Positions 1-13,700 of a DNA stretch of 64,000 nt are shown here, one piece after another. Every line of letters starts with the position of its first letter. The stretch's first letter is position 1. Below the pieces are notes generated by a model. That model did not search any database. It was not told the DNA's origin and saw only the letters and a program-made list of their open reading frames with translations. Origin of the DNA: Blastocystis sp. subtype 4. Taxonomy: Eukaryota. Both the position numbers and the translations under genes were made by a program. The DNA lies in the NCBI RefSeq assembly GCF_000743755.1, contig NW_014569525.1:1-64000 (forward strand), given 5' to 3'.

Positions 1-567
1 AAATCGATTAGAATCCTTAGGACTAATCTCTCAGGATAATTCAATTCCTACTGATTCTTTAAGTCATCAAAATGAACTACAATTCATTGTTTATTCAACC
101 AACATCAACTACAACCAGCACTGATTCAATGCGTACTCAGATATATCCAATCACAAACAATTCTTTCATAACATTTCAATCATCATCACATCAAGTATAC
201 TAGTTGCAGAACTCAAAAGAAATAATAAGAATAATGAAATAGAATACTGATTCGAAGAAAGTGAGTTCAATAGGTACGAAGCAGTAAATAAACCCTCAGA
301 TTTAAAAGTGCATGAATTGGCGTGATTTGTTTGTATGTAGAAAATGATTATTGATTATCAAAATGGATATTCTGTGGTAGAATCGAACTGATTAAGTCAA
401 GTTGGAAAACGAACAAACTAATATTGCTAAGTCACTAATGAATGATGATGGATTCCTCTCTACTTCAATTTATTTTCCATAGGAATTGTTGTCGATATTA
501 TGCTTTAGCACAATAGAGGAATCACTGTTTTGTTCATCCAATAATTGTTTCTACTCTACCACTCACA

Positions 568-1764
568 ATGGACCGAGATGATTACATCAACGCGGTTTTG
601 AGTAGATACCGGAGTATTCTGGATCTGTTGGATGAGTCGGCTAAACAGACTGTTGATATCGTAAACTCAGAGTTACGTGCTGTATAGTCAATTTAATGAT
701 AGTTATTTGTAGGAATCACCTGGTCCTATGGAAGTAGCTGCTGAGTATGCTAATTTGGTTCATGATCTGGATTCCACTAGTCATGCTGTTAGTGATATTC
801 ATCATGAGTATATCTCCAGTGTATCGAAACGATTTGTCATTTTGCATCTTTGTACTCATTATTAGAATGAAGATATTGATCGACTATGTTCAGAATTTGT
901 ATTCTGGTCTCATTTTGTATCACCTCTAGGGGCTTTCCTTGTCGTTAAGTACTGAGGTTAAGGAGAGATTCTGTTTTACACTCTCTTCCAATCAAATACA
1001 GGAGGTTGACTCTGTCCTTACTAGAGGTGATGAATCTCAGTTGTATTCCAGTAAGGGCGGTTATAGTATCTACCTTCGTGACCTACGTACTCTGCAAGAT
1101 CGCCGATGGTTGAACGACAATGTACTCTCTCTGGGTATTTTGGACCATAGATTATTAATCGCTGTGTACAGTTAGCAGAAGAATTGGCTGCTGAACGTAG
1201 TAATTATTAGGGAGAGTGATTGCTAGGATCAATCTCGGTCCACTGTTTTAACAGTTTTTTCTTTAAGAAGCTCTCAGAAAATGGTTATTCGTCCGTTCAA
1301 CGATGGACAAAGAAAGTCAATCTCTTTAGCAAAAGTCGTGTTATTGTTCCAATTAATACGAATAATGTACTTCATCGAGTAGCGATATCATTGTAGACAC
1401 ATTGGACCGTAGCTGTGATGGATATGGAGGACAAGGAAATCCGACATTTTGATTCCATGGGCAGCAATAGTTCCTATATTTTAAATACACTGTTGAAGTA
1501 TCTGGTAGCAGAATGCAAAGATAAGCAAGGAAGAGATCTGGAACGAGAGAAATGGAGGTTACATGATATGGGAGATTCAATTCCTCAACAGAATAATTGT
1601 TGGGATTGTGGAGTATTCACTTGTGCCAATGCTATATTGTCCTGCTTAAAGATGGTTGAGGTTTTGTAGTTCTGATCATGATTAGCCTTTCGAGTATAGT
1701 CAGAAGGACATCCCTATGATTCGAAAATATCTTGTCTACTCTATATTACATGGGAAATTAGCTT
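568..1764 (+). CDS. SUMO protease, Ulp1/SENP family (peptidase C48); multi-exon; stop completed by polyadenylation
   Basis: Spliced exons give LRTLQDRRWLNDN, HCFNSFF, catalytic HW, FDSM and PQQNNCWDCGVF. Last exon PFEYSQKDIPMIRKYLVYSILHGKLA is followed by T(1764), 4 nt, then TGTTTGTT (1769-1776). Confidence 0.9.
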
Positions 1765-1837
1765 TACCTGTTTGTTCGGAGATAATCATCGATAATCATC
1801 TTTTTTATTCTTTTTCGTTTATTTTTAATTCTATTCT

Positions 1838-3518
1838 ATGAATTCTTCACCAAACGGTACAGGTGATGAATTTGGTACTTCTATGAGCTTTTTGGGTTCA
1901 TCACCCTTTACAAAGCGTTTTGATCAGAAAGTCACTTCAGATTCATCAGTTAGAGATTCTAATGTTGTTACAGCATCAACTGCAGATGTGAATCCAAATA
2001 AGCAGTCATCTATGGTTCCTCACTATGAGGAGCAGGATTCTGAAAGGGATTCAGTACAAGCAAAGAGTGATACAAGATTATCGAAAGAATCTGATATCCA
2101 AGACGTTTTTCCTTCTCGTCAACAAACACCACCAGATTCTTCTAGTTTTAGTCCTTGTGAGTCTCCTAGATCTCAAATGAAAGGTCCAGCAACTCTTCGA
2201 GTACATTTGTTTTCGTTTCATGTTATATAGGCTCTGGCTGAATATCCTACTGTAACAGCTGATATCCGGAATAATTTACTCCGTTGTAAGGATGATGTAA
2301 CCTATTTTAATTCTGCTTGAGCAATAGTTAGTTGATCTTATTGCTGATTTATGTGATGAGAATAGACATCTTTCAGAAATGTATGAGGAGATTCGATTGT
2401 CTCCTCTTGCCGTTCAGTTGAAGAAAGATTACGAATCCCAAATTGCTGCACTAAATGACAAGCTTGACGACCTTCAAGCTGATTATGATAACGTTTGGCA
2501 GAAGAATAAAGAAGTTGTCTCAGAAATGAATCTACTACAACAGGAGTAGGAATTAGAGTGAATACTTACGAACAGGAATGATGATTTACGTGAGCAATTA
2601 CAAAGTGTCGCTCTTTTCTCCTGCTGTGATTTATAGATGTCAAAATTGGAACAAGATCTGAAATCAGCTCTGATTCGTCGCAATGTGTTGGAGAAGGAAT
2701 TGGCGGAAACACAAGCAGAAGTGGATGATTTGCAGAAGTCGAAAAGAAGCTTAGAAATACAGCTGGATGATCAAAAGAAGCAATTGCGAGCTCTGAATAT
2801 TGAATTGAATACCCTGCGAGCTGAAGTTGATTCCCGCGGGAATTCTCGTCAAGTTGTGGAAGATCGTTCTGATAAACGTCATTCCCCTTATCGAGTCGAC
2901 TTGGATTCTATCAATCAGTTTTAGGAAGAGTCATCTCGTGATACTGGACTCGTTGTGTACAATCGTCGACCAGAATTGCCTCGTCGTGAGAATAATGTGA
3001 TTGGTGTGGTAGGTATGTAACAATGATTAGCACGTAGGCAACAGCATTGTATGACTATGAAGGAAGTCGAGAATCGAATTCACTTCCAATGCGTTGTGGT
3101 GACACTATGAATGTATTGAAATACTCTGATACTCGAGATTGGGCTTATGTATGTTTGAATGGAGAGAATACATGGGAGCCTGTATCATATCTGGACATCA
3201 CAAAGAAGAAGCGTGGATCTGGATCTGGATCTGGTAGGCCTAAGAGTACTCACAATGTATCTCTGAATCCTTCTGTTAGTGGTACTTCGAGTACTGTAAC
3301 TAGTGGAGGATCAGCAGTGAAACGAAGAGCTTTGGTGATTGCTGACTTTGAAGGAGTCGATCGGTCTGAGTTATCAGTTCATAAGGGTGAATTGGTTATG
3401 GTATCTCGAGAAGAAGGTGAATGGTTATTAGGAGAAGTGGGAAGTCGAGTAATGATTGGATGTCTGAGGTAAGAAATAGAAAGGTTGGATGCCTGTATCT
3501 TATGTGGAGTACATGTGA
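1838..3518 (+). CDS. Coiled-coil protein with two C-terminal SH3 domains (multi-exon)
   Basis: Ser-rich N-terminus and heptad-rich middle (2637-2924). SH3 motifs ALYDYEG...DW...WEPVSYL and ALVIADFEG..ELSVHKGE...EW...KGWMPVSYVE; TGA at 3516-3518. Confidence 0.8.
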
Positions 3519-3571
3519 GAGAATATCCATTATTCATGATTGTTTGTTTTAAGAAACAGTTCTCAATTAGA

Positions 3572-6500
3572 TTACAATAAAAGAGAACGCATTTCATCAG
3601 AAAGACCATCAACATGCAATTTACCATTCTGGTTACTCTCATCAACTATCCTCATAGTCTTTCTATTTAATAGTCGCACAATTCCCATCAACGTCAATAC
3701 AAATAACACTACCATTATACCTGCTGTGACAATCAGAGCTACCTCATGATTATTCACCGTCATGACTGCTAACACAGTCTCAACTTCACCTCCTAAATTC
3801 ACACACTTCACATGAATCTCTGTCAAAGGAATCACATGACGTATCATCCCAGAAATCTCTCCTGTTTCTGGATTCAATGATAAGCCTTCAGGAATATTCT
3901 CAGATATGAAAACCATTTCCGCTCCTTTCACTTTCGGAAAAATTGAGACTTCTTTGTGTATTCCAATATACAGGACTGTAACACCATATCGACAGAACAC
4001 CGGTGGTAGTGGTTTACAATTGTCTCGTTTGTTAGTCCAATTCCCATTCAGACAATACACGTCAATGGTACCTTCATACAAGTCAGGACACTGTTTCTTG
4101 TACCATGTTCGTGTTGGAACAAATTCAATAAACTCTGAAGGGAGAATCGACATCACTCTTGTAATGTTATGAATGTTACAAAAACCTTCATTTCGTGAAG
4201 AAGAGAATTCGAATTCACCGATTTCAAAACCACGACCAAATTCGCAATCATTCATGACAATCCGAAATTCGTTCAGAATTATCTCATTGTAGAAATTGAT
4301 CTCTTTTTTGGTTCCAAGACCATAACTACCACCCATTGTAATGTCTGCATTCATCAATTGAATCCATTTGCGATCATCTAAATTCGTTCCGTTTTTTGCC
4401 ATTTCAATTTCAGTGAGAGAATAGAGCATTCTTCCATACAATTGGAGGTTATGGGGATACAAACCACGCTCTTCTCCAAAATAGAATCGCAATTGGGTGA
4501 CGAATTCGGGCTGTCCCAAATCCGTAAATAGAAGAATGACTTGGTCCTTACAATTGGATTCTTTGAAATACTGAGAATAATAATTGTGATCAACGATTGC
4601 ATTTACTGATGTCGAGTTCCTCTTAACATCATTCAATTCTGTGTTGGACGGAGTTCCGTCTACAGCCATCACATTCTGCATCACAGTATCATGATTTGCT
4701 AAGAATGTTAGTCTCACTTGGAATGTCGATTGAATTCCCGTTACTGGTATATCTGTCAAATGTGTTTCAACAGCAATAATATTCCTTCCCTCAATCAACA
4801 GAGAGTATTGAATAGGAACAGAAATTGTATACACTATAGGCTGATCGAATGCATCAGTTGCTGATGTGTGTGAAGTCACTTTGGAATCAGGGAGATTGAA
4901 TCGATGATACTCATTACCATTAATATAGAATACTATTCCTGCCAAAATTTGGAACGAAAATTGCAATGACACAAATTTCCCTAAATCTGACAGATACAGC
5001 ACTGTTTTGAAGTATTGAGCGATTCCAGTCACAGAAGGAATCTTATCTGGAATTGCTGATTCCCATGTTTCTATTGGAGGATTTATAGCTTTGAACCAAT
5101 CAGTTTCGACTTCACTGGAATCAACGTGATAATACCATTCTGTGTTTTCATTATCAAAGCTGTCGCTGATAACCACACTCTGCCAGATATGAGTGTAACC
5201 GGGGTTAAATCGGGAATTGCGAAGTAAGTACCCATTTTGGGACAATGACCACAAAACATCCAAATTACCCTGATTAGAGAAATCAGCAAAAGTGAGATAA
5301 TACATGTCTGGCTCCAAACAATGACCAAAAACAGAAGGAGATTCGGAATCCACATTCAATGTTCCTATTCTCACAGGAACCCAAGATGAGGAAAATAACG
5401 CAACTTCCAATGTTAGTGGATGCTCTTCATCCAATTTCTGTTCAAATACCAGAGAAATAGGTGAATTGGGGAATGTACATGTGACATACTCCAAATTCAG
5501 TACCACTACGCAGGGTATATGACGGAGATTCTGAGCTATAATCGAGTAGGATCCTGGTTGGAATGGCTCTTCAATCTTGCCTGAAATACAACCTGTTCCC
5601 TGATTAAGTTCTAATCCCCGCGGTAATGGTTTCGAAATGTTAAAACCGTAAAAGTACGGTTTTTCGGGACATTGCATCTGAATAGGCATCTCTGTGAATG
5701 CTCGAATATTTGTAGAAGGATACCTCAAGTCCGTAGTTTCCATGTTTCCACGTTTCACATAATGAAACTTCCAATGTGTTAATTGAATATGTGTCTGTTT
5801 AGGAGCTGGTGAGATTTTTATCATAACGGCAAATGCTAATTGATGAGGTGAAGCCATTAGAAAACATTGCTCCTGATAGCGACCTTGCCATGTGATTCGT
5901 TCTTGTCGATCGACTTCAACCCATGTCATTGAGCCTCGTCTCATAAAGAAGAACACCTTCCATGAATGAGGGTCCATCTCTTGACTATTCGCATTTGTTA
6001 AACAATAGTGATTGAACATGTGAGCTTGCTGAGCACTGAATGTAAAGGTTGCTGACGCTTTTCCTTCCATAAAATCGCTTTTCCAGAGTTTCTCCATTAT
6101 AGGGTCGAAGAGATTCGATACAGAGAAACCTGATACACTCGTGCCTGTTGCTTTCCCAGAGATTGGACGAGAACACTCTTCACTCTCCGTGATTAGACGT
6201 ACTCTCATATAAGCAGGAGGATAATCATCTGAAGAATAATGATGGTTTTGTGGAATAACCAAAAAAGAGACTAGATTGTCACCTTCACGAAGGAACTCTG
6301 GTGTGACTGTGTAGAGACCCCATTTCTTCTTATTTAATTGTTCGTCAATAGGACAGTCTTCATTAAGACAGACAATTACTCGTGATGAACTAAGTAACCG
6401 AAACTCCACACTTGTGAAATTGTCTGTAGTGTTGAGATGAATCCATGTCCGAAAGCAGAGAGGTCCTCGACGTGGATCATTTGAAGGCCAAGTATGCCAA

Positions 6501-8612
6501 TGTGAGTCATCGAAGTTAATTTGATTCCATCGGTCATCACATTCATGACCAGAGTTATATCGCCAAACAGTAGTCGAATTGATGATAAACATAGGACTCA
6601 CTATACATGCCTTCGATGATTCTGTGATAGAGAGTGTTGCGATAGTAGTAATAGGAATAGATGAATACTGAAGAGGTGTTGGAATAAGAACAGACACATA
6701 TCCCTGCGAGATGTGTTGAAGTCGATACTGATTCAGAAGTGCTTCATCAATAAACGAGGTGATCTTGAAGGGAGCATTGGGTATACAGAAGTACTGAAGT
6801 AATTCTGAACCTTCAATCAGTCCATCATAGCCACAATCTGATATGGTTTGATTATCTGACTCTAGGGTCCAACACTCAATATGACTTATGAGTGAATTAT
6901 ACTTCCTAATTCCGACAACAATTGAACCATCGGAACAATCTAAGTATGATCCAATTCACTTACTGATACCCAGTGCATATACAGAGAATGATGCTTGAGA
7001 TCGAGTATGGTCCAACATATCTTCACCTACTACTGTAACATGCCACGGACTGTGAATATGCTGCATATCACCATAAAAAGTACCAGATCCTTGATCAAAT
7101 TGAATTCCAGGAGGTAATACAGTATTGATGAGAGAAAAATGAGAATAACCTGAGGAGAGAGGAGTAATGAACAATCGATCGAATTGGTAATAGAACGAAT
7201 AAGATGAGTCATATTCAAGTGAAGTCTTAAGATTTACAAAATCAGACACAAGAGAGAATTGATTTAGTCGTGTCATACGCTTATTCTGTCGATTATTCAC
7301 TACATGAATAAAACCGCGGGAATACTTACAAATACGTAATACGTAGTATTTATAACTTTGTGGGCTATTGTTGATAGGAAAATATCTCTGTTGCATTCGA
7401 TAATCAAATAATTCTTCCTTTCTCGAGTCCAAGAGAAAGTAATCAGTCCTGTCAAATGACCCATACAGTTGCCAGGATTTAGGATCATACTCACTTGAAT
7501 CTTCATTTGAAGTTAACATATACTGATTGACAAATTCGCCTCTATTTCTGACATCAATTCAATTCTACTCACACAACCGATGTAAACACCACTTCAACAT
7601 AAGCTTGTTCACCACTGTACCACCATGATGTCTTTCGACTTTCATCAAACAACACTTCAACAGGATGATTGGGATAATCACGTCGATGATCCGAATTAAT
7701 CGAGATTTGTTCAGATGAAGGAGTTCGAAACGTTAAAAAGATTAGATGTGCTGAGAAAGGATCTGCTGTTACATTCCTGGGAAAATCATCTGCCATCAGA
7801 TGAATTGCTACAGTAAGAGTTGGTGATTGAATATAAGCATGGAAACTCCCGCGCTTCACTGTCTCATGAAGATCCCCTGAGAGAAAAGGAAGAGAAACGA
7901 AATCCTGACCATTGATGAATACTTCAATGGAGTTGAAATGTTTCACATACAACTCAAATGAAGGGAACTTTGTAAGCATAGATGGACTAAGAGGAACAGA
8001 ACGACGGTAGAAGCGATCTCGTGGCAAGGGAATAAACGACCCTGGAGAAGCCAAATCCCATTCAGAATCATCAAAGTCAGTTGTATACCAATTAAATGGA
8101 GATGAAGAGTCTTTCCATCGCCACGAATCATAAGGAGTGATGGCTGGAAAAGCTATAGATAACCAAGATAGACAAATTCAAACGGTGGAAATAATAAACA
8201 GCCATTCGACCCATGTCTACAGTTCCTCGCAACACGGGAGTGATGCCAAATGCCTTGATAACAAAAAATGACTTGTCAGCCCATGAATCTGCCAATCTAC
8301 ATGACTAACAACAAATAAACATACGTTGCCATACAAATCACTTCATATGTTTGATCCATTAAACAGATTTCGTTTGTCTCGATGTGATAATCCTTTCCAT
8401 ATCCAGAATAGGAAGCAATGTACTCCGTACTCCGATTATGGACTTGGTAGATATCAATAGTCTGTGACTGAGCATTCTCCGTATATACAATCTCAAGAGT
8501 ATATGGATGCGAATTAGGAGGACAATCACTTGCACTTCCTGGGACATCAATTCCGTTCCCAATTCTTACCAATACATAGGACAACAACAAGGATTGTCAC
8601 CAAAAGAATCAT
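3572..8612 (-). CDS. Large type I membrane protein with putative-Ig (He_PIG-like) and galactose-binding/F5/8-like modules (multi-exon)
   Basis: Signal peptide MILLVTILVVVLCIG joined over a 31-nt intron to SASDC. Repeated LPxGLxLxxxTGxISG motifs, YFK..GIVFYING..NIIAVETH module and C-terminal TM helix; 1041-aa terminal ORF. Joining all exons into one gene is inferred. Confidence 0.7.
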
Positions 8613-8753
8613 TTCCAGTCAATTGTGTATGAAATAGAGTTCCAACAATGGACTCCATATTTCGGACGAATTTTAGTCAATTCGCTGTTTTCTCAGACTT
8701 TGCGTTTTGGTGTAGTATTGTTGACGTAACAAGACAATACTCTCTTAATTGCA

Positions 8754-9119
8754 ATGGCCATGTTCACAAGATGCTGGACTCTCTTTTCAAGGCAATCGAT
8801 GAATCTGTTGTGGAACAGGAGTCTATACACAGCGATTATTCCCAGAGTCAACACTATTCAGACTTTCGGTACCCCTGTGACACTTGCCACCTTACTTGGT
8901 CCGTAGGTTTCTTTTTTGAGTTTTTATTCTTCTTTGTAGTGTATCGACTCTTTTACCATCATGGGGTGACTCTATTTTTAGGGAGTTTTCAAGCGTTATG
9001 AAGAAGAGAAAGACGAAGATGAATCATCATAAAGTTGGGTTTGGAAGATGTATATGATCATGTAGTGGAAGAAAAGAAAGAAGGCAAAACGTTTCAAGAC
9101 AAAGGCACATAATCAATAG
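8754..9119 (+). CDS. Mitochondrial ribosomal protein mS38 (COX24/AURKAIP1-like), missed by the ORF track
   Basis: Presequence-like MAMFTRCWTLFSRQS. Spliced C-terminus SSVMKKRKTKMNHHKWKKRKKAKRFKTKAHNQ* resembles the basic mS38/COX24 C-terminal motif; TGTTTGTT at 9138. Confidence 0.7.
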
Positions 9120-9200
9120 CGAGTGAGGGATTTTTCATGTTTGTTGGAAAGTTGTATTCATAGAATAAGTTCATTCCAAATCTGGAAGAGGGTGACTGGA

Positions 9201-10714
9201 ATGCAGAATGTGATCCTTTTGTATTTTGTTCATTCTTTGGTGTGATTTAGATTGTTGGGACTTATGCTTCTGGATGCTCTTGTTGATTGGAGACAATCCT
9301 CATTATTCTTGAATCCGAGCATTCATAGAGTATCAACACACAAATTTACTACGATTTCTGCATCTTCTCCAGAATCGAAGTGGTTTCTGAGTTAAAGAGG
9401 TAATTTGTAGATATTTCCAGAACTATGAAAGTCAAGAATGGTTTCATGCACTTCCTATGGACAAAGAAGTGGATTCCACTCCAATCACTCAATCCTTGTT
9501 TTTCTATTCGCCTGATATTCATACAGGGACAAAGGTGGATCTGGCTTCCAGTCTACTCCATTTCAACCAATCGTTGATGCTGTCTTCTATTAGTGGTCCC
9601 TTACCCTCCTACTATCATTCTCCATTCCCTATATTGAAAAGATTCAACCATTCCTCACAATCACCCCAATTGGTCTATCCTAAGAAACTGATAGTAAGCC
9701 GTCGAACTCCGATCAATGCACAGAGTGAAGCTGATCTTAAATACATTTTCAATCATACATCTCATCATCCTCTCTTTCGTCAAGTGGATGCTGTGATTTG
9801 TATGTTTTATCCTGGTCAGTGTCAACTCTTCATTCCATTCAATAAAACTGTTGTATTTGTTCCAGCCCATCGTTTTCTTCTTCAGCGCTGTTCACCTCGT
9901 TCTGTTCATAACCTGATGTATTGGATGTTTTCTAATGTTTCCAATGTTATTGTCAGAGCTGCCAGTGTTTATGATGCTGAATACATCAACTATTACACAG
10001 GAAGAACAGTTCCGGTAATTCAATCATCCTCCTTATTCGCATATTCAAGCCCAACCACGTTTAATCCATCATTTGAGGAGGTTTTGGTGGGTCCATTCAA
10101 ATCTGTTGATGTTCCATTTCTCACGAATCTAACCAATGCTTGTATTCGAAATGGATATTCCTGCTCATTTACAACTGTTCTCACAAAACTAGGTCGGTCA
10201 TGGAAATGGGAAGATCTACCCAAATTCAAGGCTATTATTGTATTTCCATATGCAGTACTCTCTTATTATCTTAATGATATCTTTGCTTCGTGTGTTCCTT
10301 TGTTTGTCCCTTCGCCTCAATTCCTCCTTTCTCTCCACATTCTAACTGATTCTCGCAATTCAGATGAAGTTTATTGTGGCCGTTATTTCGTTCCTCCTCC
10401 TCGTCATCCTAATTCTCGTCATCTCTATGATCCAGAAAATCCCTCGAATTTGGCTCGATTGTATTGGTTACGGTTTGCTAGTTTTTATTCACCAGCGACT
10501 GTTCAGTTTGATAGCTGGGATGATTTGGTGAGAAAGTTGCATTCAACCAATCTCACAGAAATGTTTTTGAAACGAAAGAAAGAGAATGAACAAGTGCGAA
10601 ATCACAATACCAATGAGTGGAAGCAACTATTGCGTGAGATTAGTGTCAACCGTTCGATCCCTGCTTCTTATCAAGAAGCTCTGCGTTTATTTCAAGTTGA
10701 ATCTTTCTTTACTT
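9201..10714 (+). CDS. Secreted or type II membrane glycosyltransferase-like hypothetical protein; poly(A)-completed stop
   Basis: Hydrophobic N-terminus MQNVILLLLGLMLL and two ~30-nt introns lead in frame into ORF 9457. In-frame T at 10714 lies 4 nt before TGTTTGTA. Function is inferred only. Confidence 0.6.
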
Positions 10715-10718
10715 TCTC

Positions 10719-10733
10719 TGTTTGTAACAAACA
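10719..10733. terminator. Overlapping bidirectional polyadenylation elements (TGTTTGT-A-ACAAACA)
   Basis: TGTTTGTA on + (10719-10726) overlaps TGTTTGTT on - (10726-10733). Each lies 4 nt from an in-frame T of a convergent gene. Confidence 0.75.
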
Positions 10734-10735
10734 CT

Positions 10736-13700
10736 CTAAACCACTTGAGACTTGAAATAATCTTCAATTCCAAAGACCTTTTGATCATCCACTCTCTGCT
10801 TCCGAACCACTAAACTGGCCAAACGTTTTGTTTCATCCTATCTTTCATACTAAACATCCAATATCACCTTCAAGAACTCCGTTCGGAACTCCATCAGATC
10901 TTCCATCCACAGATCCTTTGAAGTCTTGTTCTTCAGCTCTGTCATCCTGGTAGTTATAGTACTGATCTCTTTCTTCAACTCATCACATTTCTCTTTTGTA
11001 AGTCCACTTAATGGAATAGACATTAGGTAATCGTAACTCGGTGAATCACTCTTAGAGTGGGCAAGCCGTATCATTCCACTATGTTCAATCTCTTCTTCAA
11101 TCTCCTTAAGAGGTCGATTGCGCAAGTTCAGGGAACCTGAAATAATCGATTCCAAAAATCGAGACTTATTCTGCAAGAAGGTTAACTTGTCATTCATCTG
11201 CTCTAATAATACTTCACGTCGTTTTTGATAGAATGGTAATCGATACTCAATGAAACTATCCAAAATAGCTTCAGCACTCTCATAGTGCTGAATGTGTCCT
11301 TCAGAATTAAATAAGAAATAATTAGTTGTGCTTCAAATGATTCATCATTCAATTCTCTACCTCACTGTGGATACTAATTTGAATTCTTTCATTGTTTTCT
11401 CAAGATCATTTCTTAACTCCTTTCCAGCCTCTTCTTTCACGTTCACAGTAAAGGAAACTTCTGTGTCTGTATGATTCTCTTTGAAACTAGATACAAGTTT
11501 CCCTTCCTGAATCATTTCACAGAGCCAATTCTTATAGTCTTGAGTCCATTTGCCTATGGGCAACTCACTAATCACAACAGTATGATCATTCTTCCAGAAT
11601 GCACGCCCTCGAATTTGATATGATGAACCCTGTTGACTCAATGTTCCAGTGAAACCTCTATACCAAGGATGTAAAGGAGTTGAAGGAGTTTCACCTTGAA
11701 ATCAATCAACCAATCATTTCACACCTTTTAATTTCATGATCATTCGATCAACAATTTCAATAGGATTATGATTTGGTATGGTGGTACTCCAACCAGTTCC
11801 AATTCCTGTTGCTCCATTGATTAGTACCATTGGTACAACAGGCAAGAAACAAACAGGTTCAATCCGAATACCCTCCTCATATTGCGCTTGCAACAATGAT
11901 TCATCTTCATTCTTCATGATGGTGTGTGTAATTGGTGCTAAACAAGTGTAAATATACCGAGGAGAAGCACTATCTTTGCCTCCTAGTAATCGTGTACCAA
12001 ACTGACCATTTGGTTGGAGCAGATTTAAGTTATTGCTTCCAACATAGTCCTGTGCCATACTCACAATCGTTTGATTCAATGATTGTTCTCCATGGTGGTA
12101 TAACACAGTCTCACTAATATACCTAATAATATCAATTCATGCCCCATCCTTTACCCTGATAACTGAATCACTTTGATTTCCTTGTCCAGTTTCCGTTGTA
12201 AGCATCCATATAACACCTTTCTCTGTGATGGTTTCAATCCATCAACAATTGAGGGAATGCTTCGAATGCAGTCCTGACGACTAAACTGAATCAACTCCTT
12301 GTTCACAAAATCTGTTATCGAAAGATATGAATTTGCTACGAATTATGGAATTCCACAAAACCCCACAATAATCGACAACTCGATCTTCAGTCCATTCATT
12401 CATCCATTCTTTCCGTTCCTCACATCGCTTGCGTCGAAAACACATATCAATCAAGTCCTCTTCTGGTTGTGACATGGGTAGAAATGGAATCACATGGGAA
12501 TCCAACTCACTGAAATACTCTTTGCCTTCCTTTGCTGTTGAAGTACCCAAACCCTTATAATATCTATCATGAATTCCCGCGGGAATAGTTTACTTGATAT
12601 GCCATTGTTTCTGATCCTGTGTCTGAATCCAATTATGGAACTGTGTATACGTATAGAATGAATGACTCTCAGAGCCTCGTGTAGCTCTGACAATTGGTGT
12701 GATGAATTGAGACACATATCCTAATCGAAGAAGCGATGGCCAATAAGTAGCGAACAGATTGAGAATTAGTCCTTTGATATGCGATCCATCATAGTCCTAT
12801 CTCACAATCAACACTCTATCTCACTTGATCAGTCATCGTTAACAAGTGCCCATAACGAAGAGAATCCGTTGTCTCATATTCTTTACCATATTTCAAACCT
12901 AAAATTCGGACCAAATTCTGGATTTCCTCATTTTCTAGACTGGCTTTTTCACTCACATCTTTCACATTCAATACTTTCCCCTAATGCTGAGGCATTCGCT
13001 TCATTCCAACCTTCAAGGGAAACACACCATAATTATCACGACCCACTGTTCCTAGTCCACCTACTGCCAGAGCTTTGGCTGAGTCTCCTTCAGTTACAAT
13101 CAATGTCGTTTCATTAGAGCGACGTGTGCCTGCATTATTAGCATCATCCAGCTTTGGGATCCCGAGAATTCGAGAAGCCTTCACACCACTGCCTTTTCGT
13201 AAGGATTCTTCGTCCTTGATCTTCATTGAAGCAGCAACCAGCTCAGGGAGACCTGATCTCATGATTTTCTGGAGGAATGAATCCGAAAGGTGTGGTGTGC
13301 TTCCGAATTCCTACACGTAAGAAGAACATGGCAATGTGACTTTGACCGAAGTAGTCAGGAAATCTTTCGTTTGCGTGTCAAACGTAGGATTCTCGATCAA
13401 ACAGTTGCAGAATACACTCAGATGCTGGCGAATCAGCAATGGTTTCACAGGTCGCTTCAAACGTTTTTCTAAGAGTGGTTGAAGGTGTGAAACCAGTTGA
13501 TCCGTGAGATATGTCAGGTGTTTTCCACCTCGTGAGGTACAGATTCCATTTACAAAACTCATCTACAGAATAGTCATCTGATTTAAATACAGTAACTGGG
13601 AAAATACCTTCAGTACGTGTTGGGACCACAGCATATTGCCAACGGGGATTTGTCGAAAATACCAATTCTCCCAGAATGCGATTATCAGCTCCTTCTTTCG

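Noticed and set aside
8648..9001. 117-aa ORF from the track
   Set aside because: A different spliced frame gives a presequence and an mS38-like motif.
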